DNA of 64,000 nt from Dipteris shenzhenensis. Its lineage: Eukaryota. Of this stretch, positions 1 to 13,575 are shown piece after piece. The stretch's first letter is position 1. Every line of letters starts with the position of its first letter. Position numbers and translations under genes: made by a program. The notes beneath the pieces are model-generated. The model was not told the origin of the DNA, did no database searches, and saw only the letters and a list, made by a program, of their open reading frames with translations. Location of the stretch: NCBI GenBank assembly GCA_047967505.1, contig CM106538.1. One strand, 5' to 3'.

Positions 1-485
1 TTTTGGGTTACATGAGACTTACAAAGATGAGGATGAACCATCAGAAACTTGGTCACCAAAGGTGTCAGTCTGGGGGTTAGAAGGCAAGTTTGCAGCAGCA
101 AAACAAAACTCAATTTACAGTTGGGGAAGTCAAGATGAACACAAGTCCAATAAGTTGTAATGCAGGATGTAAACTACTCCGTGGCCACTCTGCTTTGAGG
201 AAGAGTCTACAACATCATTTACACCTGGCCTGCCTAACCAAGCGGACAGGCTGAACAATAAGCGCATCCACCTAGCTCTTATTAATTCTTAAACAGATGC
301 CACCAACCTGAGACATATTTACAAACAACCAGATTCCCAGCACCCTTAGAAATATTCATGAACCAACCAACATATTAGCACGTATTTCTTTGTGACATGC
401 CATACCATGCACTCTTATGTCAAGTTGGTACCCAAAAGTAGTGAGCAAAAGAACGAAGACCTGGCAATCTATACTTAAAGATTAC

Positions 486-629
486 CTGGAATGTAGCACC
501 ATTATGTAACAGGTCCATGACTATGGGCTGGTCTATGAACTCATGCAATGGCATCACAAAGGAGCTAACATTATAATGTTGGACATCTCCCAATGAAGGC
601 GATAGCTCTCCTGATTGCCTGGCTGTTCG
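486..629 (-). CDS. TPST: Protein-tyrosine sulfotransferase, exon 5 (gene continues beyond window start)
   Basis: ttgcag|CGA ... TTCCAG|gtaat. Encodes ...MPLHEFIDQPIVMDLLHNGATFQ, matching TPST MPLHxYxxxPxAxDIIHNGATFQ. The expected next exon (IAGLTNNS...) was not found in 1-485. Confidence 0.93.
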
Positions 630-879
630 CTGCAATGGAGAAATAGAAAGGTATTAAATAGATTTATTCACATAAGGTAGTGGCCCTATGCCTTCCTTTC
701 AGTATTTGAAGTATTCGCCTCAACAGTAACAATTAATCAGAGCTTGATTCAAGCAAAACAAAGCAGAGGATAAGCACACAAAATGTTAAAAGCTAAAGCC
801 ACAATCCTCACAAGTCAACCATATTACACAGGCTACACAGGATAACAGCATAAAACCCCATAAAAGCAAGTTAACTTAC

Positions 880-1159
880 ACGGCTGAAAAGATCTGCACG
901 CATCCATGGGACCAAAAACTCCCATGGCCATATGTCCAGTGTACTTGATCCCACATTTCTTTTATTAGCTCTTAGAGTTGCAATTTTTCTTTGTGTAGTC
1001 CTTGCCAAAAACCGCGAAGCAACCTCAACAGAAAATTCATAAGCACTGAAAATACGATCAACAGGATGACGCACATTGGTGATAACTGATGTTGACACCA
1101 GTGGGAGCTTTGCGAGGACACTGTAATCATTATGAGTGACAAGAAGTCTACAGTGCTGG
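880..1159 (-). CDS. TPST: Protein-tyrosine sulfotransferase, exon 4
   Basis: cacag| ... CGT|gtaag. Encodes QHCRLLVTHNDYS...RHPVDRIFSAYEFSVEVASRFL...STLDIWPWEFLVPWMRADLFSR, hallmark plant TPST sequence. Confidence 0.95.
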
Positions 1160-1599
1160 CTGTGACAGATCCAAAATACCACACATTAGAACTTGTAGCA
1201 AAGCTTAGGAACTATGTCCTTGCATTTTCATCAATGTAAACAATGCTATCTTAAAACCTATCAGAAACACAAAATCCATTTGTTGTCCTATTCGTTCTTA
1301 TTCCTATTGCCCACAATGATAACGGAAAACTTCGACGATCCACTCTCATCCAACAGAAACGTTCAAAAACGGCACCTATGGTACAGAAAAGAGGAAATTT
1401 AAGATTGAGGGCGCAGCTTCCAAGCATAACATAATGATATTCAACCTTCTAGATCAAACAAAGTAATGTTCTGGTGACCTATAACCAGACCTGTGCAGTA
1501 TGAGTACCATATTAATATCCAGAAGCAAAAATGGCACAGTAGCCTTTCCTATTTAAAGGTATACAAAGAAACCTGTGTCAAAGAAGACTGACACACACT

Positions 1600-3975
1600 A
1601 CAGGCAGCTATTCTTGGAGAAAACCAGAAATATTTCCGATGACAGCAGTGTTCGAAGTCAATGCCCCAACCTGTGAACCCCCATATGAGGACATAGGGGA
1701 CATTAGACTGAGAGGGGGAGTGCTACGGTAGACTTGAATACCCATCAAGGGAGTCCTAGCAAGACAGAGACCAGCAAAACAACCACACCTGGCTGATCCT
1801 GGAAAACAGAAAGGCCAGCTACACAAAGAAAAAGGTCTGAAGGTTCTGAGGCAGTAGGAAAGCTCCTGGAAAGCTCAAGAAACCCTGAGAAAATCAGCAA
1901 GCATAGAAAAACGAAATTCCCTGGCAAGATCTCTAGCACCCTGGCAGGTGAAAATCAACAAAAGCAGATCTGGAAAACCTGTTGGAAGCGAACCACCAAG
2001 TCTAGAAGCAAATCGAGTTGCCTGGAAGCTCCAAATCGAGTTGCCTAGCCTAGAAGGCTCCTAGAAGAAATGCAAATCAGATTTGGGTCTCTAGGAAGGC
2101 ATGAGCAGCAAGCATGCAGCAAAAACGAACTGATCTGGAGGCTCCTAGCACAAAAACGAATTTCGTAATTCGTTTTTGAGCTTCTGGCAGCCCTGGCAGC
2201 CCACCAGCAGCTCACATACGGTCCTCGTAGTTGAAATCAGCAAGGCAATGTCATAGAATAGTCCTGGAGCACTTTTCCAGCCTGTGACTTGCGTCTGTGT
2301 GGCCCGAAAACAACCTGAAAGCAAATTTTGACTTTTCTGCTTGCTTTCCAAGCCAGCTAGCTAAACGTGCTATTTTTAGCGAAAGGGATTTTTACCCCTC
2401 TCTAACCTTCAGTCACTTGCCTTGGCCCATGGAATTAATTTCACTGAAGTGTCCTTTGAACTGTTTTAATCAGTTGGAGGCTAGGGTAGTCACCGTAAAT
2501 TCCTAAAGATTATAAATTCACGTCCCCGTGACAGCCCCTTATATAGGTTGCCCGCGAGAGGTCCGTTGGGGTCAGCCAGAACCGACCTGGCTGGTTGGCC
2601 AGCCAACCATGGACTGGTTGGTCCAGCCCCAGGAAACCTGACCAAGGTTGGGGGGGCTGCCTTCCCTACGTAAATCCCCCTCCCCTCTCACTTTCCTCAT
2701 CCAGAACTGAAGCCTTTCCACTAGGCAGCGTTCCAGTTTTGAGGAGTTCTCGGCAGCCCCCTTTGGCTGAGTGTTTGTGCTAATCTTGAGCTTGGTTTTG
2801 CCCACAGTTTGTGGAAGAATAAAGCCTGAGTTTCCTCTTTATTCTTTGCTGTCTTCAGATCATTGTGTGTTGAGAAGAGTTGAAGGTTATCCGCTGCATG
2901 TGTGAGGATTGAGTGATTCTTTCCTTCATTTTCCAGCATGGTATCATAGCACATGTTCCCTAGCTCTTCACATAGAAGGAAGGAATCCCTCTCAACAAAG
3001 GCGGACCCCAATTCAACTCAGGTTCGCGCTGAGTTCTATTCTTTCTACAGCAAGGGTGTTTGCAAACTTTCTGTGTGTATTTGCAGCAATCAGCCACTGC
3101 TCTTCCTTCTCCTCCTCCACTCATATTCCTTCTTGTAAAAGGATTTACTTTCAAAGGGATCATAACAGATAGCATTCACAAAGGATGCATTGCCATGTAC
3201 TATCCTAGCCATGTCTTACGTTGCACCCGAGGTGGGGACAAAAACTTGCACAGTTTTAAAAACTTTGTAAAGGCAAATTGGTTTATCTTCAAAGTTATAA
3301 GGGGAGTTCACCTCGAGCTAGGTGAGGCTCATGGCAACCAGCATGCATTGCTTGGATAATGCATGTCCACCTGGTTCATCTTGGAACCTGGCCTACTATG
3401 CACGTCCACCTGGTTCATCTTGGAACCTACTAAACACCGTCGCACAAGCCTAGCAGGTCACCAAAGCAAAGGTGCGTTCATGAAAACCTTTGCTGATGGA
3501 TATATACAAATTTACGAGTTTATGAACTGTATGAATGGAGTGACCATGCTCCTTCTCTTCCATCATGCAGTGCATATAGTAGAGATGAGGCTTAATTTTG
3601 TGAACCCAGGGCAGGACCAAATTTGGGGACAGCCACCAACCTGATAGGAGCCCCGACCCAATGGGCCAGCAAAATCAGCAGCCCAAATAGGCCAACTAAG
3701 GGGCCAACCAGGCAGCCACGCCCACCAGATCAGGTGTGGGGGCAGGTGAGAGTCAGGCCAGATCTAGCACTGCCATCCACCTCCGAAAAGGCTACTTGCT
3801 CCCATTTAAAGCCGACCACTTAGCCGCTCCTCCACACAGTAGGGAGATCTATACAAACCAGGAAGGGTCCTTCTACAGTCTAACAATGGATGATCAGTCA
3901 ATTCAAAGCAACAAGGTTAGACTCTGCTTGAGCCAGTGTTGCCAATCCTCCCAAGCAATTTATCTTTTATAACAA
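1600..3975. mobile_element. LTR-like repeat fragments inside the 3.3-kb TPST intron
   Basis: Non-coding, with internally repetitive CTGGAAA/CAGCAAG motifs, TATA-like boxes (2538, 2665), AATAAA at 2818, and TG../..CA-type ends (TGTGAACCC at 1672 and 3599; TCATAACA about 3167; TTATAACA about 3974). No TSD found. Confidence 0.45.
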
Positions 3976-4460
3976 GCATGTGAGCATCCGCTCTACTTGC
4001 ACGATGGCGAACTTCAGAAGCCGATGGCGATCAACACGTAGCATGAGAGTACTAAAAGAGAGCAAGGCACCACATCGGGTCCTTCTGGCTCTTCCACTTC
4101 AGTTTACAAATTATACACAGTACAACAAATACTTCTTAGAACACTGCGCCCTTCTTATCAGAAGGGAAGCGTGGACAAAATTAAATTGCCGTGGCCGTTT
4201 TGAACTGGTTTTAATTCTAGTTGAGCTTCTTTTCAGCGAGACTCCCGTACATGACCTGATCCAGTCAGCCCCCGACTGGTGTTGGTTGCTCCAACGGCAA
4301 AATCTAGCGGTGCGTTCTTCGTGCCTTATGTCTCTCTTCACAAGAAGTTATCTGATTGCATATGGACGGGGTTCACAAAAAAGAATTTGACATAACTCGG
4401 GTGAGCACGAGAACGGAAACGCGATTAAAAATTTTTCCAGCATAATCTAATGTACTGTAC

Positions 4461-4532
4461 CTTGAATTAAATCTGAGCTTGTCATAGGAGCGGTCGCAGT
4501 GTTGTTCTAGCGGAAATAGATGACGCAGCAAG
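4461..4532 (-). CDS. TPST: Protein-tyrosine sulfotransferase, exon 3 (not in ORF track)
   Basis: gtgcag|CTTGCTGCGT...TTTAATTCAAG|gtac translates as (C)LLRHLFPLEQHCDRSYDKLRFNS, matching plant TPST CFLRKLY...CPRSYDKLxFNP. Phases agree with both neighbouring exons. Confidence 0.9.
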
Positions 4533-4615
4533 CTGCACACCACGAACAAGATAAGAGCTTAATGAAGCACTGTGCAGGACTTTCATAACGAGCATTTAGG
4601 TTGGCAAAGGCTTAC

Positions 4616-4796
4616 CATTGGTGATACGTGCGCCCTCCTGTCCTTGGCACATGTAAAAAAAATAAGAGCTCCTTTAATTCCTGCGAGTCCTTCTCTGGAA
4701 CATCCGCCAATTCCTGTAAGGCTTCTTCAGCCCAAGCTTCCAAAGCCACATTGCATCTATCGTACTCTTCGTCTGCTGCTGAACTGATCGTGTGGA
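4616..4796 (-). CDS. TPST: Protein-tyrosine sulfotransferase, exon 2
   Basis: Acceptor ttgcag| and donor TG|gtaag. Encodes ...ELKELLFFLHVPRTGGRTYHQ, the PAPS-binding motif of plant TPST (LFFLHVPRTGGRTY). Confidence 0.93.
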
Positions 4797-5127
4797 CTGC
4801 AACACCGCAATAGGCGAATCGCAAACTAATTCAGAAGGTCCGGACACTCAACAAGCATCACATTCTGGTCCGACGCAAAAGCCCTTTGTGACAACGCTAC
4901 CGAAGCAATATTCAACGCCGACGACTCGCCATTACAAAACGATTCGTTACTACTCGCCTCTCCCGCCACACTTGTTTGACTGTTTCTACTCGCTCCCTTG
5001 TTCGGTCGACTAATCGCTATCGATTCCCCATCCCTATTATTCCTCGTATAAGACTTGCCATTCCACCTTCTCAAATGGAGAACGGCCTCAAACGATGCCT
5101 CCATGGAGACAGGAAGGCACGAGTTAC

Positions 5128-5179
5128 CTGGGGAGACGAGGAAAAGCAGGAAGAAGGCGGCGACAGGTACGGTCCTCAT
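5128..5179 (-). CDS. TPST: Protein-tyrosine sulfotransferase, exon 1 (signal peptide)
   Basis: ATG at 5179-5177 gives MRTVPVAAFFLLFLVSP, a hydrophobic signal-peptide-like stretch. The donor CCAG|gtaac at 5127 is phase 1 and joins exon 2 to make GTC (Val). Confidence 0.8.
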
Positions 5180-6306
5180 GGTGGGGATGAGAGGCTCACC
5201 AGGAAGTGGAGCGAAGCCGATTGCTGGAACGGGGAGGCAAGGGAGGAGGGAGGGAGGAGGGGGGAGGAGGGATAATAATGGGAGGAGGACAGGGAGAAGA
5301 AGCTATGGAAGCCATAGTTGTCGGGAAAGCAAACTAGTAGTCGAAGAAGATGAAGGAGACGGAGAAGAAGGGTCGGTTGACCAGAGAGCCGAACACCACA
5401 TCAGTCAACGGCCATTGACCGAGTTACAGCACCAGTCACCAGTAACCAGCCTCCAGAGCTGGCTGCCTACGTTCGAATCGCTTCGGCGTAGACCCCAGGC
5501 GGATGTGCCCCTCGTCGTGGAGCCTGGGTGTCTGGGGCATCACCTCATCTGAGCTGGCTGCCTGCGTTCGATTCCTTTGCGAACCTTAGCAACATAAACT
5601 ACAAGCAGATTGATGCTCATCAGTGCGCAACCCGTGTGCACACACCACATGCTTGTGACCGGATCTCATGAACACTCCTTTGTGGTCTTCGTTTTTCCCT
5701 CATATCCATGCATTAGCCCTTCGTGCTCACATCATTCTTCTCGTCCAACTAAACATCCCTAGAGCAAGGTTGTTTGTGCTGCCCTTGATGCACTGCTGAT
5801 GGAAACTTTGAGTTCCTCCTTTAGGTCTCGACTTCTAGTCCCACAATTACTTTTTGTCCCCTGCTTTTTGTGTGTAGCCCCCTTTTTTACCTTCGATTCT
5901 CTTTAGAAAAGGCGGCACAAGGCACCCTCGTTGTGCAATGTACTAGATATGCAACATGCAAGCGCAGTCAAACTAGCTCCCTCAAGAAGAACAAGAGTTG
6001 GAATCGTGTTTGCCCAAGTGACTCTCGCTCGAGAAGGAGTGCATTGCCTCTTGTTTCAAAAGTCAAATGACCAAGCTTGTCGAAAATATTTTGGACTACT
6101 TTCACGGAACACCTATAATCACACTTAATTAACGTCTTTTCTATATCCACACAAAAGCACATGGACACAAGCTCATCCATATAGCCCAAAGGCTAAGAAA
6201 GAATGTGCCATAAGGAAACCTTAGCCACCACTCATTATCATAGGCTATCTTGCCTACAAAGATACCCACATTGGGTACATGGATTTGGGAATCTTATTAA
6301 CGCATG

Positions 6307-6620
6307 GCCACATCTATGAAAACCAAATAGAATTGCACACCTAGTTTCTTCTTCTTCCTAGTGTATGGGAGTTTGTCAAAGCATGCACATTAAATGAGTA
6401 GTAGGTAGGAAAACCTATATTGCACAACCCGTGTAGGTAGCCAAAACCTCTATCGCACAACCCGCCACATCTATGAAAACCAAATAGAATTGCACACCTA
6501 GTTTCTTCTTCTTCCTAGTGTATGGGAGTTTGTCAAAGCATGCACATTAAATGAGTAGTAGGTAGGAAAACCTATATTGCACAACCCGTGTAGGTAGCCA
6601 AAACCTCTATCGCACAACCC
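6307..6620. repeat. Near-perfect 157-bp tandem duplication
   Basis: GCCACATCTATGAAAACC...CGCACAACCC occurs at 6307-6463 and again at 6464-6620. Confidence 0.95.
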
Positions 6621-8579
6621 ATGTGGAGAGCGCTCAAGTCTTTTATAATGTGTTTTCCTACAAGCTAGCTTATGATTTCCAATTTGTCTCGTCTCACCAC
6701 TAGCCTATCTTCCCTTGAAACCAAGATGCCTTAGATGATTAATTTTTTTCATATTTTCCTATTTTGGGAAGCATCATGTCGCAATAGTAGTCACTCTTTA
6801 TTCCTTTATAAGCAATTGCTCTATTTTTACTCAAAAGTGCAAGATAACTAACATTTGCAATAGTCGCTCTTTAATCCTTTATAAGCAATTGCTCTATTTT
6901 TACTCAAAAGTGCAAGATAACTAACATTTGCACTTATCTAGGATCAAATGCAGGAGGCATGGGGGGAAAGTGGGATTCACACATTTTCTCTTTGTCTATC
7001 TTGATAGATGACCATCAAAACTTAACTTTTGATAATAGGCATAAATGACAAGTTCCTATATATTTGTGCTTCACCTCTCCTTTCTTTTTTGTTTTTTGTT
7101 TTTTAATAAAAAGCCGACTTGCATTAAAAAATGGGGGCAGCCTCACCTCTTCTTCAACGTTAGTAATTGCAACTACATTGATTTGTGAGATGGCTAGGGA
7201 TTATTTTAACGATGCTTGTGAAATAGTCTGAAGGATTTTTGCTATTAGAGGATAACGTTGGCACACACAACATTGAAGGTAATTCCAATTACTCTCCACC
7301 TTCTACTAAATTCAAAAACAAGAAACTCTACTAAACTAGGAAAATTCATGTAGCCTCGTTAAGGCTATAAAACGTTATCTAGATAGACTTAATTATGAAG
7401 GACTTAGACTATTGGCCATTGTAAACCTCCCCCAAAAGAACTTAGACTATTGGCCATTGTAAACCTCCCCAAAAGTACTAGCTCCCTCTCTTGTCTCATG
7501 TGGAGAAGGCTCAAGTCTTTAGAAATAGTTTCCCCATATGTAGGCTATGATTTCCACCTTGTCAGATTTATATTTCTCGTTTTTCTTCATGTTAAAAAGC
7601 ATCATGTCCCATTAGTTTCTCTTTATTCCTTTAACAAAGCAATTGCTCTCTTTTCATATCTATATTTACTCAAAAGTGCAAGGTAGCTATCCTTTGCACT
7701 TATCCAAGATCAAACGCACAAGGCGTGGGGGAGAGTGGAATCACACATTTTCTCTTTGTTAATTTTATAGTTGATGATCAAAACTTGACTTTTGATAGTT
7801 TAGGCATAAATGACAAGTTCCTATATATTTGTGCCTTACCTCTTCTTTAACCATAATAATTGCAACTACAGTGATCTGTGAGATGACTAGGGTAAGTGAT
7901 TTTTGTAATTAGAGGATATGTTGGCACACAGTATTGAAGGTAATTTGCAAATAATTTTGACCTTCTACTTTACTTTTTATAAAAAAAAGTAAACTCTACT
8001 AAACTAGGAAAATTCATGTAACCTCGTTGAAGGCTATAAACATTATCTAGACAACCTTAATTATGAAGGACTTGGAGTATTGGCTATTAAAACATCTACC
8101 CAAAAGAAATAGTTTCTCTCCTACTCTCATGTGGAGAGGCTCAAGTCATTCGAATGCATTTCCCCACAATAGCTTGTGATTTCCACCTTGTCATTTTGTT
8201 AATTTAAAAAGCACATGTCCCAATATTTGCTCTCTATTCCTTTAACAAAGCAATTGCTCTCTTTTCATATCTATATTTACTAAAGAGTACAAGATAAGTA
8301 ACATTTGCACTTATCTGGCATGAGGCGACATATAAACCCTCAATCTTTTTTGGGGGGGGATGCACGAGGCGTGGAGGAAACTGGGAATCACATATTTTCT
8401 CTTTATCAATCTTTTTTTTTTTTGAAAAAGGCCAAATACATTATAGTGGGTAGTCAACCCTGCAAAAGTGACCTTTGATACAAAAAAACAAAATTTGGTC
8501 GTGTTAGGGGTTTGCCACCCTCGACCTGTGCTACAAGCAACATCAAAAAACCCCGAAGTTGGAACTTAGAGTCTTAAGG

Positions 8580-11500
8580 TATCTACTCGACGGGAATGCA
8601 GTCCCAAATTTCAAGAAGGAGGCGACTCACTAGTGAGACTTTCATCATTGTAGTCCAGCTGAAGTCTCTCAGGTTCTGGTGCATGCGCGAGGTGATGGCT
8701 GATTCTCGTTGACCTGTGCCAGGTTTGTGATGGAACACAACTTGATTTCTGGTCTCCCAAATGGCAAGCATAGTCGCTGCTCTGACGTAGGCCCAACATG
8801 CTAAGAGCGTGGACGGCATTCTGTAGGTCGTCTCCTAGTAAGGAAACCCTCCATTGAGCGCCAAGCTTGAAAGATTTCATGATTCCAGAAGTGTGAATAG
8901 CTCATTCTACTTTGAACCAAATCCCATAGGAGACGACACAGTGCCACATGAGATGATTTGTTACTTCTATTGCTTTACCACAAAGGGGGCAGCATGAGTC
9001 CATCGGGATTCTCTTGGCGAGTTTTCCTCTCAATGGAAGCCATTGATTTATGACTTTCCAAAGCAAGAAGCGGGCTTTGCCCGAGGCCCCTTTTTTCCAT
9101 ATACTCTTGAGTCTTTTAGTCCACCACTGCCTTCCACGCCATAGCCTCCATTTCCTATTGAGCACGGGGATGGTAGAAAAGTCATGAGCAAGATGCCTAT
9201 ACACCGTCCTCTAGCTGAAATCTTACTAAGAGTCTGTTTCCTAAGCACCCATTGGTTTGACCTCCAGCTGGGGGATGGGCAGGTATTAGAAGGCCAGGAA
9301 TTCAGAATGCTATCAAGGATGGCCATTATGAGGTCAGTCTCGCCTTGCATGAGTTTGAATTGGGTTTTGAGACTATCGACCGGGATCCAGTCTACCTTAG
9401 AGGCATCCCAAATATCGATCCAAGCATGGATTCCTTTCGTGGAGAGGCTATGGGCTTTGGCCAAGTCAAGTCTAGCGTAGGGGTTTTTGCTTCATCTCGC
9501 GAGGCTGTGCTCCACCAAATACTCTCAAGTAGACTGGCATCACTGCAGAGTCCTAGTCGACCTTTCCAGGTGACCCCCGCCAGCGTGGTTTTCTAGGCTG
9601 TCACTAACCAAGTAACAAAGTCAGAGCCGCCGATGGAGATGGGGAATGCAGAGCAAATCTTATCATACCAAAACAAGTCCCTCCATGGACCAACCCCTTT
9701 ACCTTTCCCTCTAGTAACAAAATCCTTGACAATCGTCACCCATGGAGTTGATTTTTCGAATAGAGCAGGAAGCCACTTATTGGCTAGGGCAATGCTTTGC
9801 TAATATCGGGGAGGCCGACTCCTCCCTGAAGTTTAGGGCCTTTGAGAGCCTCTTTCTTTTGCCATTTTCTTCGGCCCAAATGAAGGCTCGCAGTAATCGC
9901 TCGATTTCCATCCAGTGAGCCTTTTTGAAGTTCTTAGTAGTGGCTATGTAGGTTGTGGCTACTGCGAGAATGTGTTGCACAATTAAGATACGGGCATTCC
10001 ACCCTAGGGGCATACCACTCCATCTGTGGAGTTTCTCTCTCATCTTTTCTTTGCGCCAGTTGAATCTTTGGTGAAGGATAATACCTAGGCCTATGGGAGC
10101 ACCCAGGTATCTCACTATTGTTCCTCTGGGGATACATTGGAGTTGACAGTTTGTGAGCCACTGGGGGGTGGGCCATAGTTGGAGCGGAGGGAGTAAGACT
10201 TGGTCCAACTACATCTGGGCCCCAATGCGAGGCAGAATTGGTCGATTATGTCGAATAATTTAGCAGTGCTTGATTGTCTTCTTGAGTTACCGCCATCATG
10301 TCATCCACAAAGAGTTGAATGTTGAATGGAGCTCCAGTTGGAAGCCACAAGGCCTTGATTTCGCCTGGGCTGATGGCCGATTTGAGTTGGTGGATCAAAG
10401 GAATAGTGCCAATGGTGAAGAGGAGTGGGGCAAGGGGGCAACCTTGACGGACAGATCGGTGGAGCTCAAAGTTGCCAACACCTCCCCCGTTCAAGCATAA
10501 CACTGCTGAGGCATTCTTGAAAAGCGTTGAGACTTTCTGGAGGAAGGGAGTGCCAAATCCTAGGGACGCCATGACTCCTAGGAGGAAGTCCCACCGGATC
10601 CTATTGTAGACTTTTTCTAGGTCGACCTCGATGAACAAAGCTTTCTGGTCTGAAGATACTACATAGTCCAGTGTTGTTGAGACATTTAGAACATTCTCGA
10701 AGATATCCCGGCCTTTAACAAATCCATTTTGCTCTCTGTCCACGATCTTCGAACAAACATCACTGATTCTGATTGCTAGTGCCTTAGTGATGATCTTGTA
10801 GGACGTGTTGAGCATTGTTATTGGTCTCCAGTCAGCAACTTTAAGGCGATCTTGTTTTTTGGGGAAAAGCTTCATTAAGCCCACATTAACATCCACTGAC
10901 ATGGTACCCTGCGTCGCTGCTGCATTCGCCATCTAGATAAGGTCCTCTCTCATCTCGTCCCAAAATGCGTAGAAGAATTCGGTTGTAAGGCCGTCAGGAA
11001 CCGGAGACTTTTCTTTGGCCAAGGCCTCTGCAGTTTCCTTTGATTCCTCTTCAAAGAACTATCTATCGGGCCGCTTTCTTTGGTACTCGGAGACTCTAGG
11101 TGTCATGTCGCATGTGATGTCTTTGATGCTATTAGTCTAGGCGACGTTCTTTACAGTAGGCCCACCCACTATCAGACTTAGCTCCCATCGAAATACGTCA
11201 GCCATGTGCCAGAAATCAAAAACTATATTACCTTCTACATCTTGGACTTTGTCGATTAGCTCACGCGAGTGCTTTCTTTTTACTAATTGAAAGAAGAGTT
11301 TTGATGAGCAGTTGCTAACTTCCAGCCAGATCTTGAGCCTTGCCTCTTCTACTACCTCGAGCTCCCATCTCATCATTTCTTGGTCTGTTTTGATGATCAA
11401 CGTGGCCAAAATTGAATCTTGAGGTGCATGTCATCTTCTGGGCGACTTTCAATGATTTCTTCACGGCTTCAAGCATAGACTCTTTGCGTTTCCTCATCTG

Positions 11501-12390
11501 CCTGTCTTCCCTATCCTAGTCTCTAGCCAAGACCATGACTTTACGGATTATGGTATCCCAAGCGGCACATGGATCAGACTTGGAGCTATGGGCTTGTCTC
11601 CACGCTATCCTGATGTCCCTGCAAAAGTCATGATAGGCGAGAAATTTTTTATTAAATGAAAATGGCACATCTTTAGATCTGGTGCACTTCCTTGGGAGAA
11701 AGAATTCCCACCGAACCGGTTGATGGTCTGAAAGGCTTGTGGAGGTAAGAACTTCCCCCTTGAAAGGGCCCCTCATCCACTAGCCTTCGTTTGAGGCATA
11801 GAAGTGGTCAAGCCTGCTGGCTCAAAAATCTTCACCTTTGTGCCTATTGTTCCATGTGAAATATTTGAGTTTTTGAGGCTCTAGCTCAGCGTAGTCAATG
11901 AGCCCAAATTTCAAACATCCTCTTTCCCAAACCTCGCTTTCAACTCCTTGACTACCCCTGCCTAGATGAGATCTATTTGATCACCTTCTGTGAAGTTTCA
12001 ATCCCCCCCCAAATCCAATTCCCTTCATGCATCGAGTCTTGGAGGTCTTGCCAGCAATCTACCCTTTCCGCTAGACTGTTCGAGGCATAAACACTTACCA
12101 CCTTGAATCTAAGCTCTTCTACTCTGACAGAGACTGCTATCCACATGCCTTCACTACTACATGCCTCTTATTTACCACTTAAGCCTCTAATAGGACTATT
12201 TACGAATGTATCAAACACCAATTGACAAACGGTGAACAAAGTTATCGCTAACACCACACTTTAGCTCTTGGAGGAGCACTACTGTCGGGTTGAGTTTTCT
12301 TATTACTGCTAAACATCCTTGTTTCTTAGACAGATTGCAACACCCTCTTACATTCCACGAAACTATGGAAACCTTAGACATCATCTCCAT
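8580..12390 (-). pseudogene. LINE ORF2 remnant (APE endonuclease, reverse transcriptase, zf-RVT)
   Basis: SWNVRG...VVLLQELK, SDHQPV, WRPITMLNTSYKIITKALA, QNGFVKGRDI, VRQGCPLAPLLF, QLFVDD, RYLGAPIG, KARFLLWK...CPLCGKAIEVTNHLMWHC. Confidence 0.92.
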
Positions 12391-12948
12391 CCTCGGCCTT
12401 ATAATACTGCGAAATGGCTTTATACGCATCTTTAAGGAAATTAAAGCAGTTTTCCTTACCTCCATCTGCATGGCGTGCCACTTCCTTGAGTCTCTTAGTG
12501 AGACTACGACTTGCGGTCGGATGATTTTTCCTTGGGTCCCCTTTCTTTAGCCTGCGGGGCCATGGAGGGTTTAGCTTCATGGGTTCTCTTCCTCCCCGTA
12601 GCATCTAGAATTTCTTCGTCATCTTGGTGAGCAGCTTGGGGGTTGATGGCCTTGGGGAACTTGTATCTTGGATTTGCATTCCCTCACCTTGCATGTCAAC
12701 TCAGTGGGTCTTTCGTTTGTCATCTTTGTTGTCAATCAGAGATGGGATCTCCGTCCTTGCATACATCTTTGACAGATTTGAGTCCGGGATGGCCTTTCCC
12801 TTTTTGCCGACTTTCTTCCATGCATCTTCTGAGTATGGGGGGTTGATGGAAATGATTTCGAGTTCCCCACTCTTCCTCTCTTCATTATTCAGTAGGGGGT
12901 TGGTTGCTTAGTCTTATCGTCACTTGTGCTAGGCGAGGGAAGAGATTC

Positions 12949-13575
12949 TTATGGGGCGTCCTCCAATCCTTCCTTAGCATCACCCCATGCAAGGGCGGTG
13001 TTTGTCAATCTTGACGGGCATTCTCTGGCCAAGTGACCTTGCTTTTTGCAGATAAAACATGTATCAGAAAAAGGCCCGAACTTGACCTGTTGTACCAGCG
13101 CCAATCCTTCCGGGAGCTTGATCTCCATGCAATCTGGCATATTTTGACTGCGGTCCCAGAGGATCCAAGCTTTTCTCTGACCTGAGGGGGAACAGGAGGC
13201 ATGCGGCACAAGCAGAACCTTTCTAAGGGAGGTAGCCACCTTTTCGACTGATTCTCTCAGCCAAGACGAGAGATTCGGGAATTTGATTCATACAGGACAG
13301 TCGTGAAATAAGAACTCATCCACACTAAATGCAAGCTCCCAAGGAATAACCAGGACCGATGTGCTTGAAAATAGAAAAGACCTTCCCACCACTTCATCCC
13401 GGATAGATTGAGAAGCGCATTTGAGAAGGAAGAAACCTTTACCCACGTATTTAGCCGTGTAGTAGCTAATCTGGGGTAGCTCACATTCGAAGAGCAGGAA
13501 CTGCACTAGTTCATCTACAGAGGGGATCCTCCCCATGAAGAAGAGATAAATGCCTCCTCTAGCCAGTTTGGCCAA
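12949..13575 (-). pseudogene. LINE ORF1 remnant (DUF4283-like region plus CCHC zinc knuckle)
   Basis: YVGKGFFLLKC...LVIPW and CFICKKQGHLARECP, split across frames. Confidence 0.8.

Noticed and set aside
3980-4390. 136-aa (+) and 76-aa (-) ORFs in the TPST intron
   Set aside because: No TPST similarity. Exon 3 splices in phase directly to exon 4.
4976-5552. Plus-strand ORFs of 99 and 165 aa
   Set aside because: Antisense to TPST exon 1 and its pyrimidine-rich 5' UTR; low complexity with no recognisable domain.
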